Positions 54,770 through 64,000 of a stretch of DNA of 64,000 bases are shown here, in pieces. Position 1 is the first letter of the stretch, and each line of letters begins with the position of its first letter. Location of the stretch: positions 19,964,001 through 20,028,000 of the forward strand of contig JBHGNT010000014.1 in the NCBI GenBank assembly GCA_043228905.1, read 5' to 3'. Both the position numbers and the translations under genes were made by a program. The notes under the pieces were generated by a model. It saw only the letters and a list, made by a program, of their open reading frames with translations, was not told the origin of the DNA and searched no databases. Source of the stretch: Azolla caroliniana (taxonomy: Eukaryota > Plantae > Polypodiophyta).

Positions 54770-55065
54770 GTAGAGCAAAAGATATTATCTTTGTGTCTAT
54801 TTGTGGAGCATAGAGAGTTCAAGGTAACTTGAACTAAGAGTGGAGGTGGGCTAGCTACTCGTAAAGGGTTTTGGCCAACCAAAACCGGATCGGAGATGGA
54901 GTCGGTGATCCGGCGCCAGTGAGACAACGGCATCTGACGGCAATCCGGCGGCGGTGTTGGTGAGACGACGGCATCCGGCGAGGCACCGGTAACCGACGAC
55001 ATCTGATGAACCGGCGTCCGGTGACTAGATAAATAAATATATATACATATATACATATACAAGGA

Positions 55066-55134
55066 GGGCAAGTAAGGATTCGAACCTTGCACCTCCGAGT
55101 TAGGAGTCAATTGGCTTACCATTAAGCCATGCCA
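55066..55134 (-). pseudogene. tRNA-like cassette (A and B boxes) inside the solo LTR
   Basis: A box TGGCTTAATGG, D-arm GGCTTA/TAAGCC, loop CTCCTAA, T-arm AAGG-TTCGAAT-CCTT; acceptor and anticodon stems are degenerate. Confidence 0.6.
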
Positions 55135-55664
55135 TTTAGTTAAATTTATATTTCTATCATTGTACTTTTACATGTAAATTCTCATACATGAGAGCTAAAA
55201 TGAGTGACATGGTTATCATGCACCACATGTAATACATAAGCGCCAAATGGCAAACATGCATTTTATGCATGTCTTGTACCCTCACATGCATCATATACAT
55301 GAGAGCATCTATAAAAGAAAGAGGGGGGAGGAGAAAAAACACGTTTTTTTTTGTTATCAAATTAAGAAGAAGAAATTCACTATCAAATTGATTGTGTAAC
55401 TTGTTTCTTAAATCCAAAGATAAAAGTTCAATCGATCTCTCTCAATCGTTTAATCTCAACTTCTCTCTTTCCCAATCTATCTTAAGTACTTTCTCGCCAA
55501 AGCTTGTGCCAAAGCTTGTACCAACTTTGAATCCTTCTGTTCCAGAACCCCGGCGGTTCCGCCTCACGATCCGCGTGTAGTGACGGATCTTCACGACAAC
55601 GTAAGTTGAGACATCGTTTTTGATGAGTTCACATCCTGGTACGCACCAGAGACAACTTCGACAA

Positions 55665-58600
55665 CTTCCTTTGTTGTGTTGGTACCCGTACCTTGGCTTT
55701 TCCCCGCTGGAACGTAATCATATTCCTCCTCCAGTTCTGCTTGATATGTGCCGTTTTTAACCAAGGTCGTCCCAACAATAATGGGTACGCTCCTTGAGCC
55801 TGCAACTGGAGAACTACGGCTGAGATTCGGAATGTGTGGCCCCCGATGGTTACTTCCAAATTCCGTATTAATCCTGTCAGTCGCACCGAACTTGTGTCAG
55901 CCATTCGGAGCCAGAACGGACATGGCTCCCACTCTCGGATTCCAAGAGCATCGCATGTCCGGAGGCTGATTACATTAACGTCGGAGCCTCCGTCTATTAT
56001 TGTGCCGGGGATTTCTTTCCCTTTCACAATGGCCGTAATTGCCGGACTGTTGGTGTCCACCACGACCGGTCCCTCCTCCGGATTTGAGAAGAATGTCGGA
56101 GCCGGTGATGTTCCACCTGTTGTCATGCCTTCCTTGAGTCCTTTTGTGAATCTTGGTACTAGCTGCAAGAGTCGTCCCAACGACAGCGTGATCTGGCATT
56201 CCTGCAATACCTGCCATGTCGCGTTTTCAGACTGATTGCTTCCGGCGAGCTCTTCGGTGTTCTCCTTCTGTTGCGCAAGTTCTGCTACGTTTTGCTCATT
56301 GGCCTTTTTTACCCATTCCGTTGCTTGTTTCTGGATGGCCTCTTGGGTCTCCCATTCCGTAGTCTTCCCCTTCGACCTTGTGGTGACCTTCTGGAGGTCT
56401 GCGACTTCGGCGACTACCATGTTTACTGTCGGTCGCTTATCGTAGCTTTTTGCCGGACATTGATTACTATAATGTCCTTCTTGCCGGCAGTAATAGCAAT
56501 ATGCTTTCTGGGTGTTGCTGAACTCGGCATTGTTTCCTGTACCCAGTGGAGGACTTGTGGTAACTGCGGGGCTCTGGTCTGGTTGGCTGCTTGAGGCGCC
56601 TTTATCCGGTTCACGTGGGTGGCTCCCGTTTTTGAAATGTCGTTTTCTATTAAAGTTCTTTTTGTTGCGGTACCCTTGTCGGGGTTGGTCGTCATACCTC
56701 CCGTACTCTTCCCGTCGTTGGTGATACTCGGGGGAGTGATCCCGGTTGTGATGCTCGTACCGTCCATTGTATTCTCGGTACTTGTCGTATCTCTTGTAAC
56801 GGTTGTAGTTGTCTCACCGATTGTCGTACCGGACATCTTGTGCTGGTCGATATCGCTCCTCTTGTCGCCAGCGTTCGTCTTCTTCGTCTCGGCTGCTACG
56901 TGGCTCGATTTGCCGAACTGGTGGAGCTTGCCGATTCAATAAGTTATATTCGCACCGGTCCATCGTGTGGCTCGTAGATTGGCAGAGTAAGTAGTGCGTC
57001 CTCATGGTGCACTCCAGTGACGAGTGTCCGGAATTCAAGCAAGTCATGCATTGGATTGCTTGCCGGAAACAGAGATCCTCATCGGTTGGTAATGCTCGTT
57101 GGAGGGCTCCCATTGTTAGCCAAGAGCTTGTTTTCTCCATTTCTCGAACCCGGTCGATGACCTGGTCAACGGTGCTTGTGCGAAAGTCAATGACCGTGCA
57201 TACCGTTCGTAGAGGTTCCCGGAGCGCGGCTAAAAATATAGCCCGCGTTTCTTCCTCCGGAGGTGCGCGGGTTAGCTGACTGTGCATCCGTTGAAACCGG
57301 ATGACAAACTGTGGGATGCTCACGCCGGGGTCCTACTAAATTGTGTAAAATAAGCCCACCATTTCTCGCTGATCCACCTCCTTCTGGAAGAAGTGCAAGA
57401 ATTTGTCTTTCAGGTCCGCAAAGGTGGTGATAGTGCTGCGATCCTGCGTCTAGTGCCATTTGCCAGCCGGTCCTTCTAATGTCACGCCGAATTCGGCTAT
57501 CTTAGATCGTTCTTCTTTTGCCGCGGTTAACCGTTGTGACACATGGTTTGCTTCCCATGTTTGTTCAAATGCGTGAACGTGGGCCTCCGCGTCCGGGTCA
57601 TCCCGATACTTGGAGTATTGGAACGGCATGTCGTCGTCCGGTGTCGGTACGCGGTCTGGCGGTGTTGGTAGTCTTTCCTGTTGTTCCGCCGGCGTTTGAG
57701 GTCTTTGCCGGTTTTCCTTTGGTGTTGCCGCCTCGACTTCTGGTGTTGGAGGTTTTTGCCGGTGTACTTCCGTCTCCGGAGGTTGCTCCCTGACGAGTGT
57801 CGGAAGTTCTTGGTCTGCCAACTCTGGTTCCGGTGTCAGTAAAGTATCCGACCCCTCGTCCTCGGGTCCTCCTGGGGTGTCGTTACTGCTGCGATAGTTC
57901 GTATGCGCGCTGTAACCCCCTTCCGAATCTGATTCCGGTGCTGAGAATGCTTCGGATTCGCCTTCTCTTCCGGCCAGGGCCTGGAGAAGGGTTTCCGCTT
58001 CTCGGAGGCTACTTAAGTTGCTTCCTTCGTCCAGGTAGGCGTTCTGTTGCAAACGGAGTGACTCCTCCGCCACTTTCCGGATCACTTTGGAAAATGATCG
58101 ATCCGTTTGGATTTCTTCCACTGCTTGCTGAAAAGCCTCTCGTCGTCGTCTCCATTCAACAAGTCTTCGTGCTCTCTCCGTAACCGAGTCGTCTGTTGGC
58201 CTCGTCATCCATTCCTGCCACTGTTCTCTGCGATAATGCAGGAATCGTGGTCGCCAAAAACTGTGTTATTGCTAGGGCCGGACAATAGCCTAACACAAGG
58301 TGTCCACTTAAGACACGTCACCAAAGGGTGGTACGGCAGAATGACTTACGACACAACGCTTAATTAGACCTTAACCGATTACTTAGCCATCCGTAATTAA
58401 CACACGTAAGATATGACAATAATCACAGAAAGGTAATCAACACTTGAAGATTAAGACCATAAGCTTTATTAATTATCCGCTATTGATTACATTGTAACCG
58501 GGCCTTTATATAGGTCTCCGGTGCGAAATACAAAACGGTGCCAAACGGCACCTTTACGGAATCGTTCTAGATCCGGATCGGCATACCGATTCCGGTCTAT

Positions 58601-58733
58601 CCGTCCACATCTTCTTATATAATAATATGTATATATTAAAACTACTAATTCCAACAGTTCCCGAACAACTATTCCTTTTACACTCTGGTTTGGAGTTTGG
58701 ACCTCCTTTAGCCTTCTTTGCCGGCCGGTAACA
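55665..58733 (-). mobile_element. Ty3/Gypsy (Tat/Ogre-like PBS) 5' half: LTR-PBS-gag-protease, truncated before RT
   Basis: LTR 58733-58264 (TGTTA...TAACA); PBS TGGCGACCACG at 58256-58246; gag, CMTCLNSGHSSLEC knuckle, protease IIDGGSDVNVI, LLLGRPWL. Confidence 0.88.
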
Positions 58734-61700
58734 CTTTCGAGCACGGAGGCGGAATATAGGGGCGCAGCCGTAGCTGCGTGTGAAGCCGTGTGGCTCAAGA
58801 GGATTTTGAAGGATCTGGGCGTACCCATCAAGGATATGACTCCCCTTTACTGCGACAACATGAGCAGTATCTATTTGGCTCAGAACCCGGTGTTCCACGC
58901 ACGGACAAAGCACATCGAAGTGCACTATTAGTTCATCTGAGAGCGCGTTCTAGCTGGCGATGTTGACCTACAACACATTAGCACCAATCTTCAAACGACC
59001 GACATCTTCACTAAAGCATTAGGGGTCGACAAGTTATGGCAATTCATGACCGATCTCGGCTTGACGATCCCTGACCCTGCCAAGCTTGAGGGGGAGTACT
59101 GAAGACACTACGCAATAACGCGTGGATTACGCAACCGCGCAACGAAGCCACGAAGAGCCGATCTACCGCGCAAAGCCGCAAAGAAAGACGCAAGCCGAAG
59201 CACAGACTTTGCAACTACGCACAACGCAAGCTGGAGCACGGATTCCGCAACTCCGCATAATTGCGAGTCGACGCGGACTCCGGAATGCGAGTCGAAGCAG
59301 ATTTCGGATACCATCTAAAACCGACCCGACTTGAGCTTGAGGGGGCATGTTGAGAATCAAGCTCAACTTGGTCTAGTGTGTGAACTCGCCTTGAGAGTGA
59401 ATAGACACTCCAACGGTCAAGAAACATCATTATGTCATCTCTTTGTATTCTAGCATTTAGTATAAGTCATAGAATCATATTCTATGACACATAACTTATG
59501 AGCTTTCACATTCCCCATGCTCCATGAGTCTTGTAGTTAATGAAGAGAGAGGGTGACTATATAAAGCACCCTCCTCCCACCTTGTATTAAGTTGAGTCTT
59601 TCTCCTTTGTTAAATACTTACCTTGTGTATACTCTGTGTCTTACTCCTTGTCTCTCTCACACACACTCTCTCTCTCATACACACACACACACACACAGTT
59701 CACACCTATTCCGCTACACAAGAATCATACCCAATTTTTTACATTATATTTCTAGAGAAATACATTATAGTTTTATATGTATAGATATGGGATCAAGTGC
59801 GATAACGCTTTCTTTCAAGAAATTGGTTGACCTCATGTTCCGACCTTCATGACTGTAAGGAATGACAAAAATGCTTTGAAGGCACAACGTTATTGTGCTT
59901 GGGAAGCCTAAACTCAGGCAAGGCAATTTATGCTAAAATAAAGAGTAACACCACTAAGATATCCTCCAAGAAGAGCGTAATTTAGGACAAGGTCAGTAAC
60001 AAAGGAGTATATTTCAAAACAAGTAATGGGTTCACATATGCGCTACAAGTTGATCACTTCAAGGTTTTAATCAATCAAGAAACGTGCAAGTCCCAAACAT
60101 GTAGGATAGAACCCGTTTCTCGTGTTGAGTAGAGCTACTAGAGTTTGGAAGAAAAAATCCCCTAAAGCACAAGATTTAGGGCAATGTAAGTGACAATTGA
60201 CCACACTCTCGTCGGTAAAGTAAAGGATGTCTCAAGCAAAGAAAACCAGTGCCTAGGTAAATGTGCACAATATGTAACCTAACTAGAGACCCCAACAAAG
60301 GCATGGCTACCATTGGGCAAGTTAAAAGGTTGTCACAACATAAAGAAGACACACACAACAGAAGAAGGGCACTGTTTGTGGCTAATATAGATTTCCTCTT
60401 CCCCTAAGAGAGCAAGACTAAAGCAAGAAACAAAACACACATGACCAACAATACCCTCAACAATGCACACACCTAATACCATTCGAACACAAAAAGAGGG
60501 CACATAAAACATAAATGAACCTTGTGACAACTAACCACAAAATGTTTTACCTTTGGAGACATTTTTCATCACAAATAATAATCGCTTTGGGGACTTTGTT
60601 AAATCAAATTAACTACTTAGATTTTCCTTTGACTTAGGCTTAGGTAAAATACTTGGGATTGTAAAAAAGGGGGTGGGGGAGGGGTAGACATTGGAGGTTT
60701 TTCAAAGGTTTATTAGAAAAGCTATAAAAGCATTTATTTCTTTGTTTTTCCTTTGATTATCTCTTGTCGTGCGAGCTTTAATCTCCTTTTAATTCTCCCT
60801 CCATCTTATCCTTCATATGTTTGCCTCTCACAAGTCTTTATAACCACCTTCATAACATGTAGTTGTCTAGGATTGCTTCAATGTTCATTTGTCGTTGCAT
60901 CAATTGTGTGCCACACTAATAGATAAAATGCCTTGAACAACCAAAAGCCTCAAAAGAAACATTTGGAAGCCTCAAACCAAGAAAATCTTTGAATGAAAGA
61001 CTCCGATGAAAAACAATAAGACTTAGAGAACCAAAAGCCCATTTGAGTCTCCTGGCCATTCCCTCGTTGGGTATTTGAACCCTTGAAAACCCCAAAGAAA
61101 AGATTCAAATGACCTGAACAATTTAAAAATGGTGTACTACTTTACTCCATTTTTTACGATTGGTGTGGAATGTTTGTATGCATTATCATTTCCAACAAGG
61201 TAGTCAAAATCCCTCACGTACCTAGCACAACAATAGTATTAGAAATAGTTGGTGTTCACCACATAGGTGTGCATTGAATTATGTTTTAGATTTGGTATTA
61301 GACCATGGGAAGTTTCATGAGGTTCCAACCTACTATAATGTAGACATTAGTTTGGTAATTATAATGGAAATCTTCCACAATGGACCACATGTAGAGTTCC
61401 ATTTCTTAGAGGAAGATATTCAAGACGTCCTCCATTTCCTTAAAAACAGTGCCTCCTTAAAGTCATTCCCAACATTATCTTCTCCCACCTTGGCAAAGTT
61501 CCAAGGTAATGAAGGGTAACAATTGATGGAAATATTGCAACCATTTCACAATATCTATTAAGTGTTGGCCATATCAACAATCGTAACCCTTTGGATAATA
61601 TACAACGTATCAATCGGCATAGTCGATCGTCCACAGTATCGACGATCAACGTGAAAAGGCATCGCAAGAGAGTAAGTTGAGTGAAGCTTGTCAATATTCA

Positions 61701-64000
61701 AGCTCATGCTTATGTAGAACACATCTTCATGCGTAAACACGCCTATTGTGCGTGTAATGAGAACAAACTATATATTTAGACTTAGTATAGTGTGCAATAT
61801 GTTCTCTAGAGAAAATGCATTAGGAAGTGTTGGAGTAGGTACTCTTTAGGAGTTAATATATTTATATGCTCCAGCCCAAAATTGAGCTTTAATATATTTA
61901 TACCAACCTTTGAGTAAAGGAAAGAGGTGAGGATAATAATATATGTATACCATTGGTAGATATCTCATACAGCTAAATTTTACCTTAGGTTTTTTGTAAA
62001 TTTTGCCTTATGTTTTGTCAAATTTGCCTTAATTTTTTTGTCAAATTTGTCTTATGTTTTGTTAAGGTACTGGTTACATAATCTCTTAGAAGTTGAGATG
62101 ATCAGAAGATCTGAAAGAAGAGAGCTCTGGCTCACCAATAGAGTCTCAACAATGTCTCATATTGATGCCATTCTCTGTAAATGCCCCACATTGTTACCGA
62201 TATCTTCTGATGATACAACCTAAACCCTAAACCCTAAACTTTGCCTGCTTAGTTCTTTGATTCCCATTTCTGTAACAAGATACATCCTTCCCTCCAAAAT
62301 TGACCATACTTTTCATATCTCTTGTTCATAGTCAGATTAATCTGTTGGGCCATGTTTGCCCTGTCTTGATTCCTGCTCGTTTAATCCATCACATGCATCA
62401 CAATGATTGTCTGACATCCATCCATCCATCCCTTGAAGAAATACACCAAATTGGCTTTCTATTAACTAATTGGGGAAGAATATCAGATTCCCACAGGAAT
62501 AGGAGCAGTTCATAGCTGAACTGCAAAATGGTTGCTATTTAGTTTTCATGAGTTGCCTCTACACACTTATCCATGCCTACCTTTAAAGAGCTATTCTGAG
62601 AAATTCTTGACAAATACATTTGGAGCTCTTAATGGTGCTTATATTCTCTGCTCTATGCCTTACATTGTCTTTCTTGGGAAGAGAACATCTCTATGTTGTC
62701 TGAATTCAGCAGATTAGTTTCTAATAAGCAATTAAGATCAGGCAAATGGTAAATCTATCAAGGAAATTAGCCCTAACCCATTTTTTGGTTGAAAGTTAAC
62801 TTGGAGGAGTGCTTAGCTAAGGCAATTAATTGCCCATGGAAATTGCATAACCATCACTTAATTTCTTGTTTGAATTCCACCAACCATTTCTGGCTAAACT
62901 TAAGGGGTGCCTAACTTAGGCAATTAAGTATAAATGGAAGTGAATTAACCATTTCATTAATTTTTCTGCCTCAATTTGACCAACCCATGTTATTCTGAAT
63001 CCTATAACATTTCATTTGTAGGCATCCCCTAAAAACTTAGAGACTTTTGAGAGAAAATCTTTGTGAGGTGCTAAGTGTTTGTGTGTAAACACTTTGTATA
63101 TTTTCTCCCTTTAGTGAAATGATTTGAAACAGGAACTAGAGGTGTAGGCACAATTGGCCGAACTCTCTATTATCAAAGTTGTGTGTATTTTATTTTGCAC
63201 TATTAATTATTGCTCTCACTAATCTGGTTTATAAGGAAATTTGTCGTACTTTCTTCGAACATAATTAACGCGTTTATTAAAGCGATTAATCACATCGGGC
63301 GATTATTCGACAAGTGGGAAAATTAGAAATAATAACAAAGTAAAATGTAAGCACCATATACGGTTTCACTAATTGTAACTTAATTATCGTAAATAACAAT
63401 GAAAACAACAATATACAGAAAAGTAAAAGCAAAGTTAAGGTTGGTGGGTGATTCTTCCTCACTTATAATGTGTGATAAAGCTACTTCTCACTAGGGTGTT
63501 CTCCTTGAGAACTATCTTGCGGTCAAATGTCCACAAATGTACCACTGTCTACCCTTTTGTTGGCGAGATGGACGAGATAGAGTGTCGATCAATCACTCTT
63601 GACCTACTAATAATGTATAAGATAACTACTAGAGTAAAAGATAATCCTACTTTACGATCTATTTCCCTTCACATGGTTAAATAGTTACTTCACTTATGAG
63701 AGATTTTACCATGGCCCAAATACTAGAGAAATATCCAACACGGTTAACCTTCCATTAGTCTACAATTTAAGCCCCTAGGCTGAGTGCAACGAGGAAGAAC
63801 CTCTACAACATGCTTATCATTTCACCTTTATAGTTCTTCCTTATTCATTGTTATTATAAATTTGTCACTTTCATATTTGGGACTACGGAGAGAGTAAAAA
63901 GGTTTATAGATATTACATTTATACCAATTATAATCTCAGGTTTTCTCTTTCTATGCTTCCTCAATAAAGGTAATATCTGTAAAGGTTTACAATATTACCT

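Larger units (their letters stand above)
54501..55598 (+). mobile_element. Solo LTR (1098 bp) inserted in the Copia integrase 3' region
   Basis: TGTTGTGAAGAT...ATCTTCACGACA inverted ends; 4-bp flanks GCGT/ACGT; the host frame NPSTRKSR|VS*DIVFDE rejoins across it; CTATAAAAG at ~55310. Confidence 0.82.
51646..59743 (+). mobile_element. Ty1/Copia with two LTRs (~51646-52047, 59348-59743), RT deleted, two nested insertions
   Basis: PBS TGGTATCAGAG at 52048; gag, CGYCGKLGHHEEEC knuckle, protease WFVDS, integrase LWHKRIGH/HSDVWGP/SDGGKEY/PQQNGVVE; RNase H LSSTEAEY, RTKHIEVHY; PPT TTGAGGGGG. Confidence 0.93.

Noticed and set aside
54990-55030. CTGATGA as a hammerhead ribozyme core
   Set aside because: No following stem II-GAAA arrangement
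55066-55134. Functional tRNA-Arg(CCT) gene
   Set aside because: Acceptor and anticodon stems do not pair in register; reported only as tRNA-like
59760-64000. Probable LTR/TE fragments and a short (CCCTAAA)n run at ~62217-62238
   Set aside because: No termini, TSDs or protein motifs could be defined by eye

Overview
AT-rich, intron-containing land-plant nuclear DNA. The retroelement lineages and protein sequences suggest a non-seed vascular plant, probably a fern (inference). Six host genes are present: a rhomboid-like/UBA protein (5' part outside the window), riboflavin PyrR, a Yippee-like protein, a START-domain protein, a PDI ending in KDEL, and a conserved plant coiled-coil protein of unknown function. 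They are separated by nested transposon blocks at about 11.2-30.1 kb and 51.6-59.7 kb containing Ty3/Gypsy, Ty1/Copia, LINE, solo LTR and hAT-type MITE sequences, several with exact target-site duplications (TSDs). The most unusual signal is a set of RNA polymerase III-type modules within the TE blocks. These are a remodelled U2 snRNA behind a USE+TATA promoter with short, U6-like spacing; the same 16-nt USE context plus TATA inside a solo LTR; tRNA-like A/B-box cassettes inside several LTRs; and a B-box/telomere-repeat tandem array. A Tcn1-like chromovirus LTR also carries an array of perfect heat-shock elements next to its TATA box. Exon boundaries and counts were read by eye; no searches were run.
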